From Klebsormidium nitens (Eukaryota; Plantae; Klebsormidiophyceae), in NCBI GenBank assembly GCA_000708835.1, contig DF237012.1, positions 1 through 64,000 of the forward strand: DNA of 64,000 nt. Direction: 5' to 3'. This document shows, piece after piece, positions 12,269 to 24,598 of this stretch; positions within the stretch are counted from its first letter, which is position 1; every line of letters starts with the position of its first letter. Under the pieces are notes generated by a model. The model searched no databases and had not been told where the DNA came from. It saw only the letters and a program-made list of their open reading frames with translations. A program made the translations under genes and the position numbers.

Positions 12269-15200
12269 CTCACAAGACTTCACCAAATCGCTGCTGTCAG
12301 ACAGTCAGACGACTCACGGCAAACCAAGGTCCACCGGTATTGTACAATAATCTTACCAGTGACCGGCACCGAGCACTGGTGGAGAGGCGGCCATTTCCCG
12401 CTTCATGGGGATAGCCTATTTGGAAGAGAGTCCCGTTGATGGAAGGGTCGTTTATAGATGCCGGCATTGGGCAAAGCCATAGCGCCGCTCAGGTTAAATA
12501 TATTTAGGGGGATAGGGCTCGGGGAATGCTGAGGCCAGTTTAACGGTATATTGCAGAGGGGCCAGGATGATCCCATACCGGTATATCTGCAGATTGCAGT
12601 GAATCAGCTCTTGCAGTACGGACCTGGTCTGATCCCCGACTACGCCATCTAATCAATCACGTCTGCCAGCTGTCACGCTATCGGCAAGGTCTAAACAAAC
12701 GCTTTCCTGGGCAGCAAATCTCGAAAGCGCTCAGCCATAGCCGCAATCCGACTTACAGATTATTCCAACTGATCCATGAGCCGGCGGGGCGCATATATTC
12801 GATACAGAAAAAGCGACCTCGTTTCGCGTATATAGGTGTCTTTTGCTTTTACTAGGACGACGCTATATTCCACCCGAAAGAGAGTACTGACACGATACGC
12901 GATCCCGCCGCTCCCCCTTGGTAAATGGACATTTGAAGTGGGTCGCGGAACGGGCCGTTGAGATGGTTGTCCAAACGGACTCGGGGCGGTCACTTTCCTT
13001 GAGAACCTGTGCAGTGTGGAGGTATATAATGCTAATCTGTGCCCCTGCAAGAATAATTCTACCTGAACGTACGGCAACAAACGTACGGTTCCCAACCATT
13101 TTAGTCTCGAATCTCGATCCTATTTCTCAGTAAATATGAGGGACGCTGGAATATATTCCCAGAGTACTTCTTGATAGCTTATGACTCTCGAAGTGCGGGT
13201 AAGGTACGTAGGCCCAGCCTACAAGATCTGTTGGCAGGCCCAGCCCCACTGCAAACGTAGACAAAGCGTTCGCCGGTGGGTAAATTTGCAGCTGATTGTG
13301 TGAGTAGGGTTGCAGGGTGACCGTGACGCAACTGCCAGTGCATCAGCAAAGACCGTGTACGTAACCAGGCTATTGAGTGTCCAACCAGGCCCATTTTCTT
13401 AATACATGGATATGTATAACCGGCCAGCTTCATCACAGCACTTTTTGGCCCGTAACTTTGGATGGTCATTGACTGGCTATGGGCCGATTACAAAAAGGTT
13501 ATTAAGCCTCCGATAACCAGACTTGGGCGGTAACCAGCCTTAGAACAGGGTTGAGCCCGGTTAGTTGTCCAATAACCTGGAAGTCGAGTCTGGTAAAACA
13601 GCCTGCTTAGCAGCCAAAACTTCCTCTGTTATCCACGCCCCTATTTCATCCGTGTATTCGAGGTGGCCGGCTAAGTTCCGAAAATCGTCGAAGAGGGCGG
13701 TCTCAAGCCTGACGTCCGCATACTACACCAGGCACCTCTAACTAGTAACGGCCCCTTCGTCCGGGAGGACGGAGTGACCTCCCCCTCCGCCCCGTCCAGA
13801 AGGCGCCCGATGAGCTGGGCTTGTGACAGGTTGCGTACATGCCCTACTATTATGACAGGTGGCAGGGCTCGAAGTGCCCACCATTGGACAGCCCAAGATA
13901 GGAATCGTGCATGGCAGTGGGTCCAGCTAGCAGATTGGCTCTACACTCTTACTGACTCCGGAGTGCGACGGATCCTGACACCACCCTGACACTAGCAGAA
14001 TGCAGTAGGTATTTTCGAGTCGCCCCGCGGCGGCTCGGTATTTGTGAGTCGGACACTGTCGGAGTGACCGGGACACATAAAGACTAAAGTACGAGCCAGG
14101 AGTCTGCAGAGTTGCCTGGACAGATCTTGGAAAATCTAGGGCCCGACGTGCAAGCGCGCTCTTCTGACAAATCATATCACTAGTCGGAGATTGAGTGAAT
14201 GGAGAATCTTTGCCAGATCTAAACGTCCACCTAGCTACCTATATCCACCAGCTGGCCCCAAGAGGAGTTCTATGACACTGCTCAATAGACCATTGGAGCT
14301 CATGGCAACTTCTAAGACTTCATATTCATTACGGGGAGAGGACAGCCTTACGCAATTGGATGTTGAAACACGTGTGCAATTGCTATTCCGACCCATCGAA
14401 ATATTGAGCGAGCATGACGTCTATAATCACGATTGATTGATTGGACACTGATCGCCGGGGCCACAACATAGGCTAGTAGCTAGTCATTTGAACTCCCCTT
14501 TCAAAGTGGACGGTCAACTAGGCTTCGTTCAACTTCTCTTTACTCCGCCCCACCGCACTGAGCAGGCTGCCCTAGTAACGCCGACGTGGTTTCAATAACA
14601 TCCGCTCGACAAGTTAGTTTCAGGACAATTCCAATATGACATCTTGCATGATGCCAAACGATGACTGACACATGCGGAGTTGAACCAATCTTTGGATTCA
14701 TGCAACCTAGCTGATCCTACGTGCTGGCTTAGGCTCTGTCATGCATGGCCGGCGACCTGCGCATGAGTCTTTAACTAATTATATCGATTTGAGGATCAAA
14801 TCAAGTTCATGCATGTGTTTCAAACGGAGTCTGGGGCCTCCGCTCAGGCCGGGCCGGACGTAGTTACGTGGCGCGCGCCGGCGTACTCTCTGACGCGGAA
14901 TCGAGTCGGTATATAAACCATGAATTCAATCATGCAAATATTGACGTGTATACAGCTGCTGAGGGCTGATTGTTGCGTGACACCTTCAAGTTGCAATGAT
15001 GCCCACATAATTATACTCTCTTGTAGCACTGATCCTCGGACCGACTGAAGTCATCTGCAGTGTGACATGCCATGAATGAATTAAGGTGAGTGGACCACAC
15101 ACATAACCCAAAACCTAGCAGATGGCAGTGCATGACACTGCATAAATTCAAAATCTGCGTCGAGCCTTAGAGGCCGACTCCGCTCTCGCGAGTCTTCAAG

Positions 15201-15396
15201 AGTGAGCATCACAACAAAAATGGAGGTGTATGGAAAAGGGAAAAGTTACTGATTGTACAGGCTATGCCGTACGAGGGAAGCCTGATTGAACGGTGCATAC
15301 CAAAACATGGTACAGGACGTCATTGTATTGTGACTTCCACTGTTTATACAGGGTGCAAGCTCTTTGACAAGTCCATGTCAACATAAAATGACGTTC

Positions 15397-18300
15397 CTAA
15401 TCGATTGGCACATCTACCAGACCCCGACCTGAACCTTCGGCTCCATTCCTTCCCAAGGAGGCCGTTTCTAGGATGCGCAGGCCCCCTCCTGTTTGTTCCC
15501 TAGCATCCAAAAAGCTCACATCTACCAACAGCTTCGCACGGCCGTCCGGAATAACATTACCTTTCTTGTCTTTCATCGCTATCGCTCTCAAACCCGCTCT
15601 CAACTCGGCGACAGGCAAACACGTCTGGCAGGCGAAGTCGTCCCGCTGCAAAGTGTCGGACTCCCGTACCTGCAATGTTTCCGGTTATGGATATAACGAA
15701 TTTAGGCGTCTATGGTCAATTGGTTGTAGCAGTAGATATGGCAGCAAGACATATTGTAGGCCATTGGTATCAGTCGGCATGCTTCGAGAATCAGGAATGT
15801 ATATAAGATGTCGTCTTTGCGTGTGAGCTACAAGCAGCTCCGTCAGAACGTCGAGCAGAAATGCGGCGACCACGTCATTGCCCTTCAAGATTCAGCTGCG
15901 TAATGAGCGGTCCATCGCCGCGGCCAATACTATGAATCCACGGGCTCGCTTTCTGCATGTGACTCAACATCCACACCGCTCCCAACAGCCTGGCGGTGTC
16001 GGTGCTCTTTGGTGACTGTGCTACTTTAAAAGAAAGGGTTAAGCTGTTCAGGTTGAACGCGTCACCCTCCCCCTCGAGTCTCAACCTTCGAAACCTGACC
16101 TTTCACTGTGGATCGGCTGAGACTATCGGACAATCCAGCTCTCATACTTGGTAGACTCGGGCTTTGATGGCGGCAGCTTTGAGGCAAAGAGCTGTTCAGT
16201 GAGGTGGAGCCAGACTGCGCATGACTTCGGAGAGACTCACAGCGCAAACCTCTATAGGGAACCTGGCGAGAAAGACTTTGGCCCGACGAGAACAGGCAAG
16301 GCGTGGAACCTTATTGCTGGGACTTCCACTCTATTCATCAAGTGGAGCTTCCTAAAATGCTAAAAAGAATGACGCGCTGTTGCATACACTTTCGAAAGTA
16401 GATCCGACTCAAAAACCGGTCGCTCTTTTGTGGAATTGCAAAGGACCTCACCTCGATCGCAAGGAGCGCGAGCTCCGGCACCGTCAGAGGGAAGTGGAAC
16501 TCTTCCTTCTCCCAGATGGGGTGCTTCGTGTTCTTGTGCGTCTTGGTGTGAATCTTCTTTTTGTCCGCAGGTACGCCGTAGATGGCAACCTGAACAGCGA
16601 TACAGAAAAACGATCAGATCCATTTGCGAAAGCAGGGGAATAGATCAACTCCAGAAGCGGAACCAGTCGTGCACAAAACCGCAGCCGCAATCCGCATGGC
16701 GTGCTGGAAGATTGTCTAGATGCTTCAATTGCGATACACGAGAGGAACGGCGGCTCACCCGTACGAAGAAGTCAGGAGGCTTTAGGGCGTCGAAGCGCTT
16801 GTGCGTGTCCCGCCCCGAGATGATCCGGACCTGCACGAAGCGCAGTCATTCTGATGACGTCAGCCTTGGAGCCCTACTCGTCATTCTGACGTTAGACGTA
16901 GGTAAGGGCGGCTAGATCCACCCGTTGCAGCATGCCACGACTTGCATACGGCTGATGTTTTGAAACGGTGCGTGGCGGTCTGCGTTGCTTGACGAGGTGG
17001 AATGGCATGACAGAACGACATTCCCAGGATTCTGATATTGACAAGCGCCCAAAACTTCGCGGGTCCGTCTATTCGCAAAGACCTCTCGTAGGCCGTTTCG
17101 CTAAAAACGAAACCCCGTTTTCCCTACGGTCATTTCAGCCTCAATCGCAATCGGCGAAACAGGCCGAGCAAAGCAGGAGCGAGCCCCTCACCCTGAGAGT
17201 CGTTTTCACCGGGCGCTTTGCGCTGGGGTCGAACTCTGCCCCAGGGCCCCCTTCGACAGCTCCGGGGGGGAAGAAGAAGTCGGGCTTTTGAACGTAGCCG
17301 CAGCCGCCGTTCGCCGAGAAGAGGCCGTGCTGCAACCACAGGTGCCGTCCGTAGCCCTGCAAAGCGATCCCTCTGTTTTAGAAACCGACAAGGACAACGC
17401 CATGCGATCATGTTGTGCAAAATTTCCAAAAAAAAATGGATGAAGAGAATCTGTCGTGCACAAGTGCTTTCCTGCCCTGCAAAGCGATTCCTCGGTTGCA
17501 GACAACTCCCTTTCGCAACCCCACGCGGTTGTTCTTTGGAGGAAAGTTTTCAGAAGGGATCGGACAATGGAACCCATGCCGCGCACGCAAGCGCCTGCCG
17601 TAGCACAGCGGTCGCCGAATGGGCGAAACGTGCGAAGCGTGGTCGGCCTCGAGGAGGTGGAAAAGGGAGCCCTGGACACTACATATAGTACAGCGGTTTC
17701 TCCACGACAGTTGGCATTCTCTTGCAGCAAAGCTGGACGGCTATATCGTTCCTGAGGACCAGCATCAAAACATTAGAATACACAGCAAGGTAAAAAGCGA
17801 GGACCAAGGCAAACCAGAACCCGTTTTGACTGGGTTTGCAAACATGATCGTACTACAATATCAAGGTGAAAGTTGGGAGGAGCAATCGAACCATAATCGA
17901 CCAACAGATGAAAGGCCGGGACAAACACCCTCAAACACAGGCTTACAGGAAGGTGAAAAGCGCGGGCGGTAATCTGCACGCGGTCCGTGTGACGTCTCAG
18001 GTGTCACAGGTGTTGAAACCTGTGCACGCACCTGCATGTTTATGGCCGCGAGCTGGGCCCCATGCGCCCACGCGAGCGTCGGATCCAGGTTGGACGAGTC
18101 GAAACGCAGGCCGTAGGGGTAGACGCGAATGACGTTGGTCCTGGCAAACCTGCAGGATTCGTTCGGCAGGTTAAGTTCTTTCTTTCCTCTCGACGTCTTA
18201 ATACTGTCAAACTGAGTCCTTCATGACTTTGACGTCTTTACTGTGATACTGAAGTAGTGTATTTATGTGAGCGAGTCGAAGCGCAGGCCGTAGGGGTAGA

Positions 18301-21300
18301 CGCGGATCACATTTGTTCTGGCAAACCTGCAGGATTCGGTTCGGCAGGTTAAGTCCTTTCTTTGTTTTCGACGTTTTTATTGTCAAACTGAGTTCTATCT
18401 GACTTTGACGTCTTTGCTGTGATATTGAAGTAGTGTGATTATATAAGCGAGTCGAAGCGCAGGCCGTAGGGGTAGTCGCGATCACGTTGGTCCGGGCAAA
18501 CCTGCGAGAGGTCGGGGCAAAGTAAGGCATCCGCGAACCGAGTTTCGTCACCTCTTTCTGGACTCTTTTGCCTCAAAGAGGGCGTCAGATTGAAAACGCA
18601 CTAAAGGCATCGGAGTCCTGAGGGGAAAAGTCGTCAAAGGGACTAGAATGCATCTTGAAACTTTGCCTCAGCGACCAACACACCCAGTTTGCGGTATCTG
18701 GTCGCCGAGGTGTTACGAATCAAGGGACGCCCTCTTTTAAGGATTGTCGAGCGCAAAGAGCGACCTGGGCGTGGGGCGCGGGACTTAGCCGTGGGACGTG
18801 CCCTTTTGTGAGAACGGTAAAGCGTTTGAACCAGACGTGCGGACGGGGCCCAGAACAGAGCGCAGCTTAGGGCGCATGGTGGCCCCGAGCAATCTATTGC
18901 CCCCCGCGGAGATAGAGTTCAAGAAAGAAAGTACTAAACCAAGGTGATCATAAACTCCGACTTCTGATTACCTTGACCCAGAAACATGCCTGCTCTGCAC
19001 CCATACCCACCCGAACCACCGAAGTAACCCTACCCGTCCCAGTGCGGTTACCTTATTATTATCTCGGCTTATCATCACTTTTCCTAACTTCCACCCTGCA
19101 GGGGGCTGGGGCGTCCGCGCGCCCCAGGCCGCAGGACAGGTGTCAGTTCGGACGCTACAAAAGGGTCGGGATTTGACTTCGTGCGACCCAGGGAGACTAT
19201 TCGCACGCCGGGGACGGAGTGCAATCGACACCTCTGGTGCGGATCGCAGCCGCGCTTTTCACGCTACGGCCAGGTCGAAACGTTACTCTACTGACGGACT
19301 CTCAAAGCCGTTGCTGGGGGGGTAACACCAGTCTACTCATAGTCAAGAGCGGGAGGCCGCCGACCGGCAGTCCCCACGGTAGCGGAATACCCCTCACGAA
19401 CCAACACAGCAACTGGGGCAAGAGCTTCGGTGCATCGGCACCCTTCCTCGAACCTAACAGCACCAAATAACCACATGCGGTTTAATCCAACACTCCCAAG
19501 CTTCCGCGGACGAACACATTCGCCGGGGATACTTCCAAAAACACCGGAACAATTGCACTCAAACTTTGAAGAAAGAACAACCTTTTCTCTTACTTGGTGA
19601 GCAGAGTCGGCCCGCTCTTGGCCAGCTTCTCAAACGCCGGCTCGCCGATGTTTGCCATCGTCACCCGGCCGCTCCCCTTGAACGCCCCCACGTATTCATT
19701 CGGCTTCAGGCAGGGGATGTAGATAAGCGATGAGAAGCTGTCGTCGTATTCCGGGACGGCCTCGTTTGACACCGTCGCCGACAGGACCGCCTCAGCAGTC
19801 TCTGCCGGAGGGCTGGGGTCATGCGCGCCTGGAGAAACGGTGTCAAAGGGCAGTGCTGTCAACGGGTTGGTTTCTCAGGTTTGCAGCCAGGAAAGTGGGT
19901 GAAATCACGACTTTGAATGAGCAGGAAGCTCTCAGTGCTGCGATTGGAGACAGCCGGATCTATAGCGACTGCGTGGGGGCCTGTGAAATGAAGACAAGAA
20001 AACTTCGCTCAAAATCTCAGGCAAGGAAAGGCTGCACAAACTCACGGGTCTCTGTTGGTTAACAGCCTGGAAGTCAATCTCACACATGACCTGCGGAAGG
20101 CCGATATCGTTACATAGACCAGCAAAGTGCCATTCGTACCCGCCATTATGATATCAAATTGCATGATAGGTAAGAAGCATCAGCCAGTCAGCTTGGAAAA
20201 AAGAAGAGAAGCACACCTGCTGCCTCTGGAACCGCCGATCCGGCGACCGCGGCACCTTGTGTTCTCCCCACGTCTGCGGTTCCTGCAGATACTATACAAG
20301 ATAGCCTCAAAACAAACTTTGGTGTTGAAGTTAGACCCAAAAGGTGTCGGCTGTAGGGTTGGTGGAAACGGGAGACCAAAAGATCATGATTGCGCATCAG
20401 CCTACAACGGGCTCGTCCTCGCAGCTATTGAAGACCGAATGGCATGCACGCTCTGCCTGTCGAGCGCAGTGGCCCTCTCGATCTGCAAGCTTTGCACATG
20501 ATACGAAAGGCGGCGCGAGACCGAACACAACACGGGATTTGGAATACCGGGCATGAAGGGAACAGAAAATCTCGACGCCACCGTCACAGCGACAAAGAGA
20601 ACCGGCATCGCAGACTTTGGGCAAATCGCCTTACCTTCGGTCTCATCTAGTTCTCCCTCCTGCAGGAAGTCGTCCGCATTGGGCACCGCGTCGTTCGCCG
20701 CTTTCTTCGCCCCTTTCACGCCTTCCTCCGTCTCTGAGATTGGCTTGTCCGAAATGACGAATCTTCGGACCAAGTCCGCAGGAGACAGCAGCGGGGCGTT
20801 GGTGTCGGACGGGGGGAGGAAGAGTTGGTCGCCGAGAATGTCTCTCAAAAGCTGCACGAAATGAAAACGGAGTTCTGGGCCTTTGAAGAGTCTGGCCGGT
20901 TGAGCTCGTTTCAAGAACGCAAGCTTAGCTCAGAAGGTCGGTGTCGGACAGCGGAAGAAAGGGCTGGTCCCCGAAAATGGCTCTTGACAGCTGCGCGGAA
21001 AAACATCGACCCGTGGGCCATTCATTAACTGCCTGGCCTGTTGAGCTCGACCAGGGAGGGGGGCTGGGGAGAATTGGATCGCGTATCGCTGCTCGAGCAA
21101 GTTCCGCCAGCTGAGCGAATTGCTCGATTCCTCACTCGGAAGGGGCAATATTGGCGGGTACTCTAAACCCCCTGAAACTTTATCGATGACACAGACCGCA
21201 AAAAAATCGTTGGGTTACGGTACCGACCACTTGGGTTCAGCGGACGGAGACCGTCTGGTACGTAGGTATCAAAAGACTGATCATCGAGCCGTCCAAGCTT

Positions 21301-24300
21301 CATCGGACGGACGGTGTGTTTCCAATTGAGCTCGTTTTGCCGACACCTGTCGTCGAGCTCCGAGCTCGTGTTACTGCCTTGAGGTCGTTCGAGATGATTC
21401 CAAGTCTCCCCACCCCCCCTCCGAGGGCAATACTCAAGGGAAAGACTAAGCTTTGCAAGAGATCTGTGTGTATGGACACTGAGTTCCGGGGTGGAAATGA
21501 AGAGCTGCTCCGAGATTGTGTATCTGACGACTTCACAGGCAGTACGGATTGCGGTCTTCGAAAGCCTGGCCTGTAAAGATGCATGGGTATCAAACGCTTC
21601 ACAGAACCCGGCATGCGACCCTACCAATCTTTGTAAAAAAGAGCGACTCCCCGTTCCGATGCTGTCAGCCTACTTCCACCACCTGCTTTGAAAGGACGTC
21701 GTGATAGTCTCAAATCTGCCAACTCTCTCACTTGTGTGGCAGATGCATCAGTTGTTTAACTCTGTGACTGAGCCGCCTCATACCCCAACAAACCAGAGGG
21801 AAACCCCTGTTCAAAATCAGCAGGGTAAATCTTCTAAAAGGTTTCGACAGACCTAGAAACCCTCTGAACACCATCATCCACAAAACCCGTTTACTGATTC
21901 CCCAATCTGCTTCTGTCAACAGAGGGATTTGAAAGATTCGCTCAGCAAGTTGTCCGAGTTTCTCACCTGTGCCAGCAACTGTTGCAACACGGGAGGCAAG
22001 TGGTTCTCAATAGTCAGGACAACGGGGTACTCGGATGCGACGAACGCGTGCTCTTTGATGGCCATCAGGAGGTCAGTCACTGGTGCGGGTTTGCAAAGCG
22101 TCCTGCAATCAACAAGAAGTCGGTGTGGAAAAAACGGAAATTCAAAGCTGTCAAGCGAACTACTGTAAAGTCTCGCACACACTCTTTGTCCTGGTTCGCG
22201 TGACCCTCTGCCCCGACCACAATAACTCGACTTTAAAGTAACGTCCGCACGTGGCGACGAAGTCGACCGAGCGACTACTGCCGAAAGATACCTAAAACGA
22301 ACTCGGACCCACAACAGCGCAACAAGTTTGAAACGTTCCAACCTGTCAACCGCTGTAAATTTTGATCTTGTTAGATCCACAGCTGTGAGTGTTAGGTTCT
22401 CAGGCTCACATGATATTCTCAACCTTTCAAATGTTGATCTGCCAGATTTAAGGACTCTCTTGGGGTCCAAAAGTTTTCCCTGCTTGCTCTATAGCTCGAC
22501 CCCCGAACACAATATAAAGCCGTTTTTGGCTCTGTAGACAACTAATTTGCCTGATCTTTCCACAGAACACATGCCATGCACGACCTTGACGTAAGCAGCT
22601 TGCAACCAGTTTTTCCCGTTTGACCCACAGGAAGTGACCCTTTATCTATCTTTTCTTGACGGCCACAGAATCGCCCCGACTCACATGCCGTGCACAACCT
22701 TGATGTTGTTCCCGTCGGGCCACACGTCGAGCTCGATGACGCGGCAGCCGCGCCCGAGCGCGTCCACGATCGGCGCCGCGCTGCTGTCGCTGGTCAGCTG
22801 ATTGCCCGAGAGGTACGAATTGTGCGACGTGTACCAGTAGTAGTGCGATAGCGGCAGGCTCATGTCATGCGTCACCTGAAGATTGTGAATGTAGGCTTAG
22901 TTAAACTAACCAGCCTGGGACGGGTGGGGTTAGTTTGGGGGTTGAGGGTGGGCAAGGGCTTGGAGCGGGTTACTATGAAGGTTAGGATTCGAATCTTAGG
23001 GTAGGAAAGCTACGAAACCAAGAAGTAACTGTTCCTTGATTGAAGAAGCATCGTCAGTTAGGAAGACCAGTCCAGTTGATCCGCAAAGTGAGCGTGGGAC
23101 CCGCGGGTGCTTTTCAGATCTCACGGTAGCGAGACCTTTGTCAAGCTGCCGTCCCGAATCCTGACCGTCGATATCTTGGCATTGTTGTTACCAACAAGTG
23201 ATGTCCGTCAAATGACGTCCCTTAAACGCAAACATTTCGTTTCAGCATAGAGATTAAAAAGCGAATTGGGCCCCAACTCGCCTTTTACTGGGTCAATGCT
23301 TGTTGTATCTACCTCAGATGGTTTGCGATCCTTTTTGGACTGGCGAATCCACGACTGAGTTGAGAAAAGCACAAATCAGAAGAGGCAAGATTGAGATGGA
23401 CCGACTGCTCTTCAACTGATGCATACATATGTGTGCTGCAGTTGAGAACCAGTTAGTTTCCAAGCGGTGTCATGATTCCAAGTGCACTGAGTAATTTTGT
23501 TGCGCCTTCCTTGAGCACAATTGATTGGTCCATCTTCCATGTAAACCAATCTTATACAAATTCTGTAAATTCTTAAGTGATCCCCCATATACCCCCCTTC
23601 GACCAGACTTTCTTTATCCTCAGCCATCGCAGCAGGGACTGCATCGCCCTCACCTTGCTGACATCATGGACGGCGTTGACATCAGCATCGAGGAGGAGTG
23701 CATAAAAGCCGGCTAAGTCCAGCTGCTCGCGCCCCTCTGGAGCATCGGCATGTGGCCTTTTCAAGTGGAGGTGGGGATGATCATGGGCCGCCGCCTTCTC
23801 CCATTTGGCGATGAGCTGGCGGGTTTGTGCTGGTGAAGACCCGATGCCCTGGATTGGTTGCAAGAAAATACAACTCAGATGACTAAACCAGTGCAGGATC
23901 GTTGCTGGTGAGAGGCTTTTGCCAGGTAAGTACGTTTGTTTGTCGTGAAGTAATAAAGGCAAGAATGTCATTTTTCAACGAGTGTTCGCCAATGTTGTGC
24001 CAAATTTGTTTGATCATAACGGTTAACAAACAAAGCTGGCAATTGTCGATGATGATCTAGATTATCACAAAGAAGCCCCATCCTGAGTTGTTATCTCGAC
24101 AATGCGGGTCGTGATGGATGTGCAAAGAGCAAGCTTCACTGTGCTTTTGCCCTACAAAGCTACGCTGCGGGGGTGAATAGGCTTGACGAGTTAACCAGTT
24201 CTTATTACTTGCAATTGATGCACTTGGGGCAAGTGTTGGAGTGTCCAGATTAGAAGTATACTAAACACACCAGGACTCGCTGAAGGTCCCAACCAGGCGT

Positions 24301-24598
24301 ACACGAAACCACGTTCGATTGATGACGACTCAATAGATGCATCGGATGCGTCGCCTGCGAAACGAAGTAAATGATACTAATCATCACTCAGACAGTGTCA
24401 CCTTGTCAGACCTGAAATGTGGTAAACACAAGAAGCAAATACCTGCGAGTCTAGAATCCGCTGAACATCGTCCACATCAAGGAACCCCTTCTCTCCAGCA
24501 AGCTCCTCAAACAAGCTTCTGACGGTGTGTGGCACGTGCTTCAAAGCCTGCAGCTTGCTGCGGATCTTGCCGCTCGGGACACAAATGCAATTGCCCAT
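15397..24598 (-). CDS. PLC: Phosphoinositide-specific phospholipase C, plant type: EF-like, X, Y and C2 domains (12 exons, about 662 aa)
   Basis: Exons 24443-24598, 23654-23848, 22685-22875, 21967-22102, 20635-20851, 20217-20282, 19594-19855, 18032-18149, 17192-17356, 16759-16830, 16452-16589 and 15397-15669 join in frame (1989 nt). X-box: SHYYWYTSHNSYLSGNQL, GCRVIELDVW, VVHGMTL, PVVLTIENH. Y-box: VIRVYPYGLRFDSSN, HGAQLAAINMQGYG, NGGCGYVQKP. C2: PPDFFVRV, DDFACQTCLPVAELRAGLRAI. Confidence 0.95.
18075..18510 (-). repeat. Three tandem units of about 176 bp spanning the PLC intron 7 acceptor and the start of exon 8
   Basis: CAG|GTTTGCC acceptors at 18504-18502, 18329-18327 and 18152-18150. Each is followed by an FARTNVI..YPYGLRFDS-coding copy; only the last continues into the complete exon. 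Confidence 0.9.

Noticed and set aside
12361-13740. Minus-strand frame with reverse-transcriptase-like words (YTVFADALAV, KWLG, LPRGSGG)
   Set aside because: About 15 stops in 460 codons, no better than a neighbouring frame I checked. FADA is not YADD/FADD, there is no QG..LSP motif, and the spacing does not fit LINE RT.
15670-16451. Protein-looking frames (ORFs 15685-15888, 15875-16084) suggesting a pseudogene
   Set aside because: They lie inside PLC intron 11; the flanking exons join correctly without them.
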